In this document: piece after piece, positions 13,027-26,900 of the stretch
How positions within the stretch are numbered: position 1 is the first letter of the stretch
How the letters are laid out: the number at the start of each line of letters is the position of its first letter
Assembly: GCF_009914755.1 (NCBI RefSeq)
Contig: NC_060938.1
Origin: the human T2T-CHM13v2.0 reference genome, Homo sapiens
Reading direction: 5' to 3' (one strand)
Length of the DNA stretch: 64,000 nt
Made by a program: the position numbers and the translations under genes
Notes under the pieces: generated by a model
The model's database searches: none
Told to the model about the DNA's origin: nothing
What the model saw: only the letters and a program-made list of their open reading frames with translations

Positions 13027-15267
13027 CAAGAGTAAATTAAAACTGTTTTCCACATTTTCTCCAATTGATTTCTATTTAAAATCATACTGATATGTATACT
13101 AAATCATTCATATATATATACACATACATATATACACACATATATATATACACATATACAATACAAACACACGTACATATCCTTAAACACTTCAGTAAGT
13201 ATTTTTAAGTTATAAATTTTTAGAAAGAAATTACTAAGTGAAAAGAGGCGTATTTAAGTTTTGATTACTCCTGAAAAGTTTTGTAGCCATTATGTTTCCC
13301 CTAAAAATGATGGAAAGACATGTTCGCAAAAATTGGATTTTATAAATCCTTTAATTTTTGGCAATCTGATGGGTGTAATTTGTATTTTATTATTATAATT
13401 TGGATTGACCTGATCACAAAAAGCTTAGCATCTTTTCATGCTTATTATACAATTATCTGCTTGTTTTCTTCAGCCACTTGCCTTTAATATTTCACTAAAG
13501 AAAATTAAGTTTCAAAGAAATAATTCAAGTAGCCTCATTATTACTTACAAAGAAATGTAAATGTTCAAGTAAGATGACCTCAGGTCAAATAGTAAAATCC
13601 TGCTTAAGTGATTTTTCTTTCAGCGGTCACAGTCCAAGGAGAAGTTTATTGTTTATAACCCATGCCAAGATCAACATGTTTTATGTTTAATCTTACCACT
13701 TATTCATGGTGCAAATTCAGTTTCTCCATTGCAAAGTGGACTTGATACAAATTGCTTTTATACAACAGATAATCATAGGATAAAATAAGATTAGAAATGT
13801 GAATTGCTTTGGTGGTGAAATATGTAATTATTTTAATTTAATTGTAAATTCTATTTGTATACAGTTTTATAGAATATCATCCTATAAACCTAATAGAAGC
13901 CCTAAAGATCTCATCTCAAGCCAAGGCCATCTTATACAAATTGTCTTTAAACTTTCAATACAACTATTGGCCATGCTTTTCTTTGTGTTTCTTATGGCTT
14001 TAGATTATGTCTTCCTTCTTCCATTTGTTAATTCATATCAAAGTATCTAAAACACTCTAATATATGTAGTAGATACCCTCTAAAGAGATATAAACTAAAC
14101 AAAATCTTCTCCTTTCCAGAGGTAAAAAACTATTTCCATTATTTGACACTTATAATTGAGAATAACTATTGTCAGATTTTTTTTATTTTATTATTCTTAT
14201 TCTATTTTTCAAATCTCATCTAAAATCAACTTTTAAAATACAACTTATTACTCTTAATTTACATTCTTTTCAAGTAATATATTTCACTTAATTTATTATC
14301 TGAGTTTTTTTTTATTTGGCCCACATTTATTAAAATTGGCAAATTTTAAAATGTTACAAAATAAAATTTAGCTCTGCTCAATATTTTGGGATGCAATGTG
14401 TCTCCCATCTCAGACTGTGAGTATGCTGGATTTTCTTCAAAACTTTCTGTGTTTTTTTACTTTACTTTACATTGGTCTACTATCTCATTTAAATGTTAGA
14501 TGATCCTTTTAACCTTAAGATAGTTAGAGGTTAATTAAATTTAACAAACTCTAAATGATCTTTAACTGCATTGAGAAGAAGGATAGATATGAAAGAAATA
14601 TTAGTTCTCAAAGATCCTAGATTGTAGATGACAAAATATTAAACTAAGAATAGTTAAAAGTTAAATACTGAAACCCAGGTATTCACTGAAGTGATGTATG
14701 TGGCACATTATTGCAGTTGATCAAAATTAAGAGGAGACCTGCCCAAGGAGAATCTGAGCTCAGATGCACCTAGCCCGGCCTCCACCCAGTGGTCCTTCCC
14801 TACCCACCCTGGTAGCTTAAGACAAAGGGCATATACTCTTGGGAGTTCTAGGGTCCCACTCACAGCTGGTTCCTCTCCATACTACCACAGCTGATGCTCC
14901 CTGGAAAGCACCACCAGCACAAAAATAGGGCATTAAATCACCAAAGCTAAGAACCCTCACAGAGTCCATTTCACCCCCCTGCCACCTCCACCGGAACAGG
15001 TGCTGGTATCCAAGGCTGAGAGAACCATAGATGGTTCACATCACGGGACTCTGTGCAGACAACCCCCAGTGCCAGTCCAGAGCTTGGTAGACTTGCCGAG
15101 TGTCTAGACCCAGAAGAGAGATAACAATCTCCACAGCTCAGCTATCAGGAAACCACATCCATAGGGAAAGAGAGATAGTATGACATAGAGAGAACAGCCC
15201 ATGGGACAAAAGAATCTGAACAACAGCCTTCAGCCTTACACCTTCTCTCTGACAGAGCCTACCCAAA

Positions 15268-16286
15268 TGAGAAGGAACCAGAAAACAACTCTAGTAATAC
15301 GACAAAACAAGGCTCTTTAATACACACACAAAAATCACACTAGCTCACCAGCAATGGATCCAAACCAAGAAGAAATCCTGATGTACCTGAAAAAGAATTC
15401 AGGAAGTTAGTTAGTAAGCTAATCAGGGAGGCACCAGAGAAAGGTGAAGCCCAATGCAAGAAAATCCAAAAAACAATACAAGAAGTGAAGGGTGAAATAT
15501 TCAAGGAAATAGATAGTTTAAAGAAAAAACAATCAAAACTTCAGGAAACACTAGATACACTTACAGAAATGCAAAATGCTCTGGAAAGTTTCAGCAATAG
15601 AATTGAACAAGTAGAAGAAAGAAGTTCAGAGCTTGAAAACAAGATTTTAGAATTTACCCAGTCCAACAAAGACAAAGAAGAAAGAATAAGAAAATATGAA
15701 CAAAGCATCCAAGAAGTCTAGGATTATGTTAAACTACCAAGCCTAAGAATAATCTGTGTTCCTGAGGAAGAAGAGAAATCTAAAAGGTTTGGAAACTATA
15801 TTTGGGGAAATAATTGAGGAAAACTTGCCCAGCCTTGCTAGAGACCTAGACATCCAAATACAAGAAGCACAAAGAACACCTGGAAAATTCATCACAAAAG
15901 GACCATCACCTAGGCACATTATCATCAGGTTATCTATAATTAAGACAAAGGAAAGAATCTTCAGAGCTGTGAGACAAAAGCACCAGGTAACCTAAAAATG
16001 CAAGGCTATCAGATTAACAGCAGGTTTCTCAGCAGAAATCATACAAGCTAGAAGGGATTGGGGCCCTATCTTCAGCCTCCTCAAACAAAACAATTATCAA
16101 CCAAGAATATTGTATCCAGTGAAACTAAACATCACATATAAAGGCAAGATACAGTCTTTTTCAGACAAACAAATGCTCAGAGAATTTGCCATTGCCAAGC
16201 CACCACTTCAAGAATTGCTAGAAGGAGCTCTAAATCTTGAAACAAATCCTGGAAACACATCAAAACAGAACCTCTTTAAAGCATAA
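15268..16286 (+). pseudogene. L1 ORF1p remnant with stops and frameshifts
   Basis: ORF fragments 15485-15721 (coiled coil) and 15756-15995 (RRM region) match L1 ORF1p; split across frames. Confidence 0.9.
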
Positions 16287-16369
16287 ATCTCACAGGACCT
16301 ATAAAACAAAAATACAATAAAAAGCAAAAACAAGAAATAAGAAACCAAGGTATACAGACAACAAATAGA

Positions 16370-18480
16370 ATGATGAATGGAGTGGTACCTCACATCTCAA
16401 TACTAACATTGAATGTAAATGGCCCAAATGCTCCACCTAAAAGAGATAGAACTGCAGAATGGAAAAAAAAATTCACCAACCAACTATCTGCTGCCGTCAA
16501 GAGACTCACCTAATACGTAAGGACTCACATAAACTGAAAGCAAAGGAATGGAAAAAGGCATTCCATGCAAATGGACAACAAAAGGGAGGTGGGGTAGCTA
16601 TTCTTATATCAGACAAAATAAACTTTTAAAGCAACAGCAGTTAAAAAAGACAAAGAGGAACATTACATAATGGTAAAAGGCCTTGTCCAGCAGGAAAATA
16701 TCACAATCCTAAGCATATATGCACCTAATACTCAAGCTCCCAATTTATAAAAAAATTACTACTAGACCTAAGAAATGAGATAGACAGCAACACAATAAGA
16801 GTGGGGGACTTCAATACTCCACTGACAGCACTAGACAGGTCATCCAGACAGAAATTCAGCAAAGAAACAATGAATTTAAACTATACCTTGGAACAAATGG
16901 ACTTAAGAGATATATACGGAACATTCCACCCAACAACCGCAGAATACACATTCTATTCAACAGCACCTGGAGCTTTCCAAGATAGACCATATGATAGGCC
17001 ACGAAATGAGCCTCAGTAAATATAAGAAAATTGAAATTATATCAAGCACAGACCACAGTGGAATAAAACTGGAAATCAGCTCCAAAAGGAACCATCAAAA
17101 CCATGCAAATACGTGGAAATTAAATAACCTGCTCCTGAATGATCATTGGGTCAAAAGTGAAATCAAGATGGAAATTAAAAAATTCTTCGAACTGAACAAC
17201 ATAGTGACACAACCTATCAAAACCTCTAGGCTACAGCAAAGGCAGTGCTGAGAGGAAAGTCCATAGCCCTAAATGCCTACATCAAAAAGACTAAAAAAGC
17301 ACAAATGGATATTCTAAAGTCACAGCTCAAGGGACTAGAGGAACAAGAACAAACCAAACTCAGCAGAAGAAAGAAAATAAACAAGATCAGAGCAGAACTA
17401 AATTAAATTGAAACCAAAAAAATACAAAAGATAAGTGAAACAAAAAGCCAGTTCTTTGAAAAGATAAATATAGATGACAGACCATTAGCAAGATTAACCA
17501 AGAAAAGAAGAGGGAGAAAACAAATAACCTCAATAAGAAATGAAATTGGAGATATTACAACTGACACCACAGAAATACAAAAGATCATTCAAGGCTACTA
17601 TGAACACCTTTACACACATAAACTGGAAAACCTAGAAGAGGTAGAGAAATCCCTGGAAAAATACAACCTTCCTAGCTTAAATCAGGAAGAATTAGATACC
17701 CTAAACAGACCAGTAACAACAGTGAGATTGAAACTGTAATTTAAAAATTACCAACAAAAAAAGTTCAGGACCAGATGTGTTCACAGCATAATTCTACCAG
17801 ACCTTCAAAGAAGAGTTGGTACCAATCCTATTGACACTATTCCACAAGATAGAGAAAGAGGGAACCCTCCCTAATTCATTGTATGAAGCCAGTCTCACCC
17901 TAATACCAAGTGAGCAGAATAACCAGACAACTCACAGAGTGGGAGAAAATCTTCACAATCTGTACATCTGACAAAGGACTAATATCCAGAATCTACAAGA
18001 AACTCAAACAATCAGATCATAAAGTATGCTAAGGACATGAATAGAAAATTCTCAAAGAAAGATATACAAATGGCCAATAAATATATGAAAAAAATACTCG
18101 ACATCACTAATGATCAGAGAAATGCAAATTAAAACCACAATACAATACCACCTAACTCCTGCAAGAAAGGCTACAATCGAAAAATCAAAAAACAGTAGAT
18201 GTTGGCGTGGATGCAGTGATCAGGGAACACTTCTACACTGCTGGTGGGAATGTAAACTAGTACAGCCACTATAGAAAACTTTGTGGAACTAACTAACTCA
18301 AATGCCCATCCATCAACGAGTGGATAAAGAAACTGTGGTGAATGATGGAATACTACTCAGCCATAAAGAGGAATGAATTAACAGCATTTGCAGTGACCTG
18401 GATGAGACTGGAGACTATAATTCTAAACGAAGTAACTCAAGAATGGAAAACCAAACATTGTATGTCCTCACTGGTATGTG
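16370..18480 (+). pseudogene. L1 ORF2p remnant: endonuclease and linker present, RT core deleted near 17910
   Basis: Starts with an ISILTLNVNG-like segment; GDFNTPLTALDRSSRQK; jumps from ...TLIP to [10 protein letters not shown]-like C-terminal sequence. Confidence 0.9.
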
Positions 18481-18737
18481 GGAGCTAAGCTATGAGCATG
18501 CAAAGGCATAAGAATGATACGATGGACTTTGGGGACTTGGGGGGAAGGATGGGAGAGGGGCAAGGGATAGAAGACTACAAATAGGGTGCAGTGTATACTG
18601 CTCGGGTAGTGGGTGCACCAAAATCTCACGAATCACCACTAAAGAACTTACTCATGTAACCAAACACCACCTGTACCCCAATAACATATAGAAAAATAAA
18701 AAAATTTTAAAAAGAAACAAACTATGGATACATGCAA

Positions 18738-19274
18738 TGTAGTAGACAGAATAATGCTCCCACCTCCCCCAAAAAGATGTATACTCTCTAATCCCCATTA
18801 CATGGCAAAGAGTCTTTGCAGGTTATTCTGGATTTTTCAGGTTGATTCAATCTAATCATAGAAACTCTTGAAAGCAAAGAATTTTCTGTGGCTATAGTCA
18901 GGGAGAGATGCAGCAGAAGTCAGAGGGATCCCAAGCATGAGAGATACCCTATCTGCCATTGCCGGAGGTGCACCACATTAAGTATAGGAAGGATGTAGGC
19001 AGGCTCTAGGAACAAAGACTGGCTCCTGGCTAACAGCCAGCAAGGAAATAGAGACCTCTGTCCTACAGCTGCAAGACACTGAACTTGGCTGACAACCTGA
19101 ATTAACTTGGAAATGGATTCATCCCAAGTCTCTAGAAAGGAACACAGGCCTTGTTTTAGGCTTCATGAGATCCTAATCAGAGGGCCCCATTGAGCCACCG
19201 TTCCGAGACTTTTGATACTGAGAATGATAACTAAGACAAGAAATGTGTGAGACAATAAATGTGTGTTGTTTTAA
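18738..19274 (+). mobile_element. MLT1 (MLT1E-like) MaLR LTR truncated just after its poly(A) signal
   Basis: Starts tgtagtagacagaataatgctccc; acagccagcaaggaaatagagacctc; AATAAA 19254-19259 then tgtgtgttgttttaa and poly-A instead of the U5 end. Confidence 0.88.
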
Positions 19275-19599
19275 TTAAAAAAAAAAAAGTAAAAGGAGAC
19301 AGCTGAGTTGGCAGAGTTAGGGAGCAACTGTGATCGTCTTGGATTAGTCTTTGAGTAGAAGAACATTAGAGGCACAAAATGTATGGAAATTCACTTATGG
19401 AAAAAGTAGAAGGTAGGTACAGTGATAAAAGTTAAGTATTTGACATGATAGTAAATTAGAAAATGAATATGACTAGATTTAGGAAACCTAGGTTAAAACC
19501 AGGAAGTTTTCCTTTCAGTTGTGTGACATTAAGAAACTCTTAAGTATATTCAATCTCAGTTTCTCCAGTGTAAAAAGAAAGGAAATTTACAACACATAT

Positions 19600-20640
19600 T
19601 TGGATAGGTAGCTCTCATACACTGCTAGTGGGAGCAGAAATTAGCACAATCACATTGGAAAACTATTTGGTCACATCTACTAAAGCTGAATATATGCATA
19701 CTACCTGAGCCAGCAATTCTTCTCATAAGGGTACACTCGAAAGAAATGATTCAATGGGTTCGCAGGGCAATACATACAAGAATTTTTATAGCAATATTAT
19801 TCATAATATCTAAAAACAAGAAACATATGTAGTTAACAGTAGAATGGGTGACTTGATAGATTAATAAATGGAATACTGCACAACGTGAGAATGAATAAAC
19901 CCTACTACATGCCATGAAAGGCTAGATTTTGAATTAATCTCACAAACACAATGTTAAACAAAAGAAGCCAGATGCAAAAGTACAGACTATGGAAATCTAT
20001 TTATGTAAAGTTCAAAAGTAGACAAAAATGCTCTATGGTGTCAAAAATCAGGAATGTGACTATCCTAGAGGTCTACGTTATGGGGAGTACGAGCAGGGGT
20101 CTAAGCAGTCTTCGGAGATTCGTTACATGCAACAATTTGGATAAATCTCAAGGGCTGTAGGCTGAGTGAGGGGAAAAAACTAATCTCAAAAGCTCACAGA
20201 CTATATTAATCTATTTATATAGCATTTGTGAAGTAACAAAATTACAGAAATCAACAGATTAGTGGTTTCTAGGGATTAGACATGGAAACTGGTGGTCAGA
20301 AGAGAGTGGGTACAGTAATAAAAGATAAACATGAGATATCCTTGTGGTGATGGAACTGTTCCTGTATTGACTATGGTGGTAGATACACAGATCTACACCT
20401 CTGATAGAATGCGTAGAACTACACACACACACACAAATGAATACAAGTAAAACTGAGAACATTTTTTGTAAGATCAGTGGATTGTACCAAAGTCCATGTT
20501 CTGGTTGTGATATTACACTATAATCTTGCCAGATGTTACTATTGGGGGAAACTGCATAAAAAGTATAAGGGATCTCTTTGTGTAATTTCTTACAACAACA
20601 TGTGGATTGATAATTTTCTCTAAATGGAAAGATTAATCAA
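19600..20640 (+). mobile_element. Old L1M (L1ME/L1MD-like) 3' fragments
   Basis: ctctcatacactgctagtggga; gccagcaattcttctc; agatgttactattgggggaaactg. Confidence 0.75.
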
Positions 20641-21379
20641 ATTTTGTGGCAGCAAGAGTTTGATAATATACTAATATTCTTAGCAACCAAAAAAATGTTT
20701 TTTCAGTTTTAAATTGATGAGATCCCTCATTTAATCTAAGTCTATTAATGCATAATCAACAAAAGCGTAAAATTCAATTAGGATTTAAGTAATATATTAA
20801 CATTAGTATTTCTAAAGTTGTACTTCTATGCTATTAAAGAATCTTGAAGAAAGAATGTGTTTACTTAGGTGTGAGTCTGGGAATGTGTGTGTTAGGGCAT
20901 CACTTATTACAGTAAACAAAGGGAACAGAGAAAAATTTGTCTGTGGACTTCCAGCCCTATTACAAGGAGTGAGTACACTGTCCAGCCAACATAAATATGT
21001 CCAGTCCATCTGGTAAACATATCCCTTTAGTGGAAAAAGTGCCTTAATTTAGTTTTTGAAAACTACATTTCTGATTATAAAGTAAGAAGTAGTAGTAAAT
21101 TTGGAAAATCAGAAACATAAAAGGATGTTTAAATTGACCTTATAAACACTATTTTCATACTATTTTGTTTTAGATATGTATATTTTTGCAATGAGTTTTA
21201 TGTTGTATGCAGTACCTCTTTCACTTATTCTGTTTGAATATTTTTCCCTGACATGAAATTGATTTTTTTAATGTTATTTGTAATGGTTATATAATGAACC
21301 CTATGACAGAAATATCAAAATTAACCAGTCTTATATTTCTTGAGTTAAGGCTACTAAATTTCTGTTTTCAAAAGTAATG

Positions 21380-21997
21380 TTCCTCATTCCTTAAGTATGA
21401 GCTGTACATAGTGACTTCCTTCCAAATAATACAGTATGCAAAGGGAGGGAGAAATGTGTAAAAAATAGAAAAACCTGAAGAAAAAAACTACCTCAGCCAG
21501 GTAATAAGATTGACAGCAAGAATGGTAACTCATCTTGATAGAGTTCACATTTGATATGATGTGGTGAAAACGATACTCTGTCTTTGTAGTCTTCCTCACA
21601 AAACCAATAAACCCGGTCTAATCATTACAAAAACATCACACAAATCCCAGTTGAGGTTCATTCTGCAAAGTTCCCAACCAGTACTTCTCAAACTATTCAA
21701 GGTCATTCAAAAGCAAGGTGAGTCTGAGAAGTCACCAGAGCTAACGAGAACCCAAGAAAATATGACAACTAAATGTCATGTGGAATCCTGGAACAGAAAA
21801 AGGGACATTAGGTAAAACTAAGGGAAAATAAATAAAGTATGTACTTTAGTTTATAATAATATGTCAATATTGGTCCATTCATTGTGACAAATGTACAATA
21901 CTAATTTAAGATGTTAATAATATGGAAACTGAATGCAGGATATATGGGAACTATCTTTGCAATCATTCTCCCAGCCTAAATAAAAAGCCTGTTTAAA
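21380..21997 (+). mobile_element. L1MC-type 3'UTR fragment
   Basis: catagtgacttccttccaaa; gaatcctggaacagaaaagggacattagg; aagatgttaataatatggaaactg. Confidence 0.78.
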
Positions 21998-22341
21998 TAT
22001 AATGTGAAGACTTTAATAAAAAAAAGTTTTCTAGCAATTTTTCTAATGAAAGTTGCTCGAAAGAATACCATTTGGTCTGTAACTTTGAACATTGTACTTC
22101 TCTGGAAACATGTTAACAAATTATTTTTCAAAAGTTAGTACTTTCTAGACTTGTGCTTTCATACAATTATGTGGACACCTTTATCATCACATGTACAGTG
22201 CGTGTTTTCTTTGGAATGACAACAAACAAATTGCTCTTTTTCAATGGTAAAGATGTCAGTCAGGGTAGCAATTTATTGAAATACTTCATAGACATTTGTA
22301 TTTCTTTTTTAATATTTTTTTGGTCACCAATATAAGTATGT

Positions 22342-22557
22342 TTTAATTTTTTTTTCCTTTTTTTCGGCTTTTAAGTTCAGGGGTACATGTGCAGGATGTA
22401 CAGGTTTGTTGTACAGGTAAACGTGTGCCATGGTCGTTTACTGTACAAGATCATCTCATCACCCAGGAATTAAACCCAGCATTCATCAGCTATTTTTCCT
22501 GATATTCTCCCTGCACCCACCAACCCCACAGGTGCCCAGTGTGCATTGCTCCCCCTG
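22342..22557 (-). mobile_element. Short older L1PA 3' end, antisense
   Basis: ttttaagttcaggggtacatgtgcaggatgtacaggtttgtt...acgtgtgccatgg. Confidence 0.88.
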
Positions 22558-22569
22558 ATGTTTGTATTT

Positions 22570-23900
22570 CATAAGGTATAAAGTATTGTTTCTCCTCTAC
22601 TTCTTAAGTTTGCATTTAAAAAAAAAAAAACTCTCCAAACATATTAAGGCTATTCTTCCTTCATTTGTTTCAAAACATTTTCTTTAATTTCCAATTGCAG
22701 TTATGGTCCTTTCTGAAGCACAACAGACTTAAATTTCTATATAGGCTAATTTATAGCATTTTTTCTTTGTGAATTCTGATATCTTTACACAACCGTGCTT
22801 CATCCTTAATTTAAGTAAATTTCCATCTATTTTGTTCTGATTTTTATTTTATTCATTATATTTTATTTATAATTGTTTCTATTTGTATGTGGTTTGTGGA
22901 GCCTTTAATTAAAGAAATTAGCAACTTTGCGAGTGTTAAGTATAAATAATGCTTATTTTCCTACAGAATCTGCCTCCTGGTTTGTTCACAACATTGTCTA
23001 TTTTGTGACTGCTTTATTTGATAGATCTGTAGATTTTTGTTTCAATACTGAAATCCTTTAATTTTTATAGTTTCATTATACATGTATGTAACTGGTGATA
23101 AATAGTAGAGTACAGAGTAGTTTTTATACTTACAAATTTTTCTTTACAGTTCTCAATAATGGAGTCAGTCACAAATTCATATTGGTGAATTCAAAAAAAA
23201 ACTATGATTTTTACTAGATTTGCATAAGATCTAAAAAAAGAAGAATTGGTTTATCATATTCAATTTTCCCATCTGTGGACTTGATATGTCTCTCCATTTT
23301 TAAGTCTTCTTTTGAATCTCTCAGCAAAAATATTCAGATGAGTTCAGTTTAGAAGCATTCTTGTTAAGATTACTTCCAAGTATTTAAATTTTTGCTCCTG
23401 TTATGAATGGACTCTTTTTCAACATTATATTCACTAACTGTTGGTGATATAAGACACCTGTCAAGTTTTGCACCTTTACTATTTATATAAATAAATCGAA
23501 TTTACATCTTAGTTCCAATAGTTTGATTCTTTTCTATTTTCCAGAAAGAAATTCTTTTCATATACAAGTAATGATAATTTTGCATTTTTCTTAATGTTAA
23601 CCACAGATAGGATTTTAGTTTCCTGGTCTATTACACTGCTAGACAGGCCAAAACATATTTTAAAGCAATAAGCATTTTTTGTCTGATTTTAATGGGATTG
23701 CTATTATGTATTCGAAGTAATAAATAACCTCGTATGTTGACTTTGATAATTGTATTAAAATGCTTTCTCTCTTTTTCTCTGCCCTGGAAAAAATGGTCAA
23801 GCATGGGAATCCCTTGTAACACTAAAGTCTGAAAGAACATATCTCTGAAACTGTCTTTTAATCTTGTATTATTAAAGGGCTTATAGTTCCTTTGACACAT
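22570..23900 (-). mobile_element. Highly degenerate antisense L1M ORF2 remnant
   Basis: T-rich tract with L1-like phrases (ttgatatgtctctccatt, gttatgaatggactcttttt, tttgtctgattttaatggga). Confidence 0.55.
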
Positions 23901-26900
23901 TTTTACCGGTCTCGATACCGTTATTGAGCCCTTTTAGTCTACCTAGAATGGCTTTGTTTGCTTGGTTCTTGCACTTCCTACAGAGTTAAACTCTGTATGA
24001 CACCCTCCAGAAAGCCGTTAGAGATATGCTGTTTCCCTTACCCAGCACAAGACTAAAACTCTTTCTGCATGGTCTGAAATATCTTATAAATAGAGCTAAC
24101 CATGCAACACACAACTCTGAAATTATTTGCCCACCTGTCCCTAAACATCACCTCTTCAAGGGATAGGGACTTCATATTATTCAACTGCCTACTGGCAGGG
24201 ACAACCACAGTGCCTGACAAAATGTTTTTAAACTATTCTAAAGCAAAAAGTTATCCTAATACTGGAAAGGTACAATTCTAAAGGCAAGTCATAGATATTA
24301 TGTTCTATTTGTCATGTGTCTCCACTTGAGTTTTCTAATTACAATTCATCCTCCTGTGGATAGCTTTTATCCCCAGTTCTTACATTTATAAAAGAAGTTT
24401 CTACCAGTTTACTAGTTTAGTAATTACAACGTACTAAGGATTTTGGAAAAATAACCAAGCCCTCATAACAAACCTATAAATTAGATGTTATGATTTTGAT
24501 TTTATAAATGTGGAAATGGCTCAGAAAGTCTTGGTGAGTTGGAGAGCTCAGAGTTGAACCCAAGATTTTTCTGACTTCAAAGCTGAGACCTGTGACTCCT
24601 CTGTTTGTACACTCTTCCACTGTAGTAAAAAAAAAATTTTACTCCCAAGATAATGACTACTTGGAGTTCATTGTATCAATATAAAGTAGACCAGAGATGA
24701 CACTCCCAGACTGAAGTCTAGAGAAAACCTCTTAAGTTCTTGGAATGTGAGAGTGCACAAGTCAGGGGCCAAGAATATTCATGTTGAAGAGATTGTTTGG
24801 AATTGTATTGAAATGATCTACTGAGCTCCAAGAAAAAAAAGCTGTAGTAATATTTAATCAAGTTAATTTAGAGATTCACTACATAGACTTCTATTTAGGA
24901 GGCTAAACTACTGGCCCAGATAATTGAGAAGAATTTCTACCTTTAAATTTCTTCTCTTTTAAATTTAAACAGGTACTGGCTTCTTGAAATAAACTTTATT
25001 GTCTTTCTAAAACCGAAACTAGAAATTCTTAGATCATTTAAAACCACCATTTCAACTGTGAGCGATCGCAGAATTATCCCGGTACCATTCAGAATTGACA
25101 CGCATCACTGAAGTTTGGGACTGTGTCATGGAAAAGAAGCTTGTCCCCAGCTACCACCTGCAATCAATCACTTTTCTCATTTTGGTTTAAATTACCAGTA
25201 GAAATAGCATTTTTAAAAATTTCAACTGATCTTCATATCTTGATATTCTCAATGTAGTCATTGTCTTTTCTGTATCCTAACTCTGTTTAGAACAAGTTGG
25301 ATTTTCTGCCAACTGGTTGATTAACTTAAAAATCCTGAAATACCACTGTTTTTCAAATTTGTGTTTCATGTTTTCATTTCTAATTTACTATTGAATAATT
25401 TTTTCCCACTGACTTCTAACAGTTCCTAGGCACTGACAAACTTTGTTGACATTTTAAATCTTTGGTCAATTGTTTTATTCTATCTACTTCTAAAAAAAAG
25501 AAAAAAGAGAGAGAGACAGAGCAGAATACTACTCTGGAAAACAGATCATTTTATTTCTAATATATACTGTTCTGCTTTACATGAGCCACCTTTCTTATAC
25601 TTCTCTTCTGCACTCAAACTGTATCTAACATCCTGCTGTCTATTTAGTTTTTACCATTGACCTGGCAGAAAATCCTCATAGGAACAAAAGATTTGTCATG
25701 TTGGATCAGATTCATGTTTCATCCCAGTCCACATTGTTTCTCTTACTAGAGCTAAATGATACTTTATCTTGAGAAAAAAAAAAAATGAGGCTTAGGGAAT
25801 ACAGGATATCTTTTAATATGTAAAAGACTCTCATACAATAGATAGAATATGTTCATTCCATGATAGTGGAGAGCTGGTCAAAATACAAGTTATAGGGAGC
25901 CAATTTTTATTTGATAGTAAAGAAGAACAACAAGAGCTTTAAGAAATGCACTGTGCTGCCTCTGAAAATACAATTTGTCATGACTAAAGTTTTAAGCCCA
26001 CTTGGATAGACTGCTTTTCAGAGATCTTTGCATGTACGTTCAGACTGTAAGTTAGTCTGAACAGGGATCCTGCCCAGCTCTTGTTTCTGCTTGTCTGTGC
26101 TCTTCTCATTTTGTCTAACCATATCTCAGATCTCTCCATGTGGTAGAGAACTTGGTTGCTGCAGGCCCAGGCATAACAATCCAGTGGAGAGAGTATTTCT
26201 TTTTGCCATTGGATGTTCATATTTCACTTCAGGTAAAGCCCTCAGGCCCTACTTGGTTCTTGAGCTCCCGTCTTGAATCAGTTGCTATTGTCAGGTGGAT
26301 GATTGGCTAACATTGGTCCATACCTGTGGCTTAGAAGGAAGAGGTGAGGCTGTGATTGGGAGACTACTGACAACATGGCTCATGGAAAGCAGGTGCTAGG
26401 CAGATAAAAACAACATAAACCAACACAGAGAGATCAGACTAATATTATTTCCACATAGATTTGAAAAATTAAAATTAAAAATATTTTTTCCTTAAGAACT
26501 AGTAAATAAAAAATTGCTCTTTCCAAACAGCCACAAGAATTCAGACACACTACTAGAATTTGATTTCAAATTACTCAAGTTTGAGCAAACACAGAACAGA
26601 CTGAGCCCTCTTATTATATACCCAATGCCAGTTGCTGCCAGTATTTAATAATATTTGTCTACAACATTTTAGTCTGAGAAAGAATTCCCATCTTTCTTTT
26701 ATCTAAACTCCTTTAAAAACTGCTTTAAAGCTTTTACTTCTCTGTGTGTCACAGGTGTGCTGGAGGCAGGCTTAAGACTGAAAGCCTCTCTCTAAAACTG
26801 TCAACTCCTGCTTTGCTCAAACCTGCTGACCCTGGGCCAACATAGAGAGGGGGGGGGGAAAAAAAAAAAAAAGCAAGCCATCTGATTATTTTGGTTTTCT

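Larger units (their letters stand above)
14739..18713 (+). mobile_element. L1PB (L1PB1-like) LINE-1: partial 5'UTR, decayed ORF1, ORF2 with large internal deletion, 3'UTR and A-tail
   Basis: ORF1-like peptides (FGEIIEENLPSLARDLDIQIQEAQRTP), endonuclease motifs ([16 protein letters not shown]), L1PB 3'UTR gggtgcaccaaaatctcacgaatcaccactaaagaacttactcatgtaacc. Confidence 0.95.

Noticed and set aside
15485-17251. L1 ORF fragments as functional CDS
   Set aside because: Multiple stops and frameshifts, and the RT domain is deleted
26833-26875. G10-A14 run forming a strong minus-strand polypyrimidine tract and acceptor
   Set aside because: No convincing partner donor or reading frame; homopolymer runs are common
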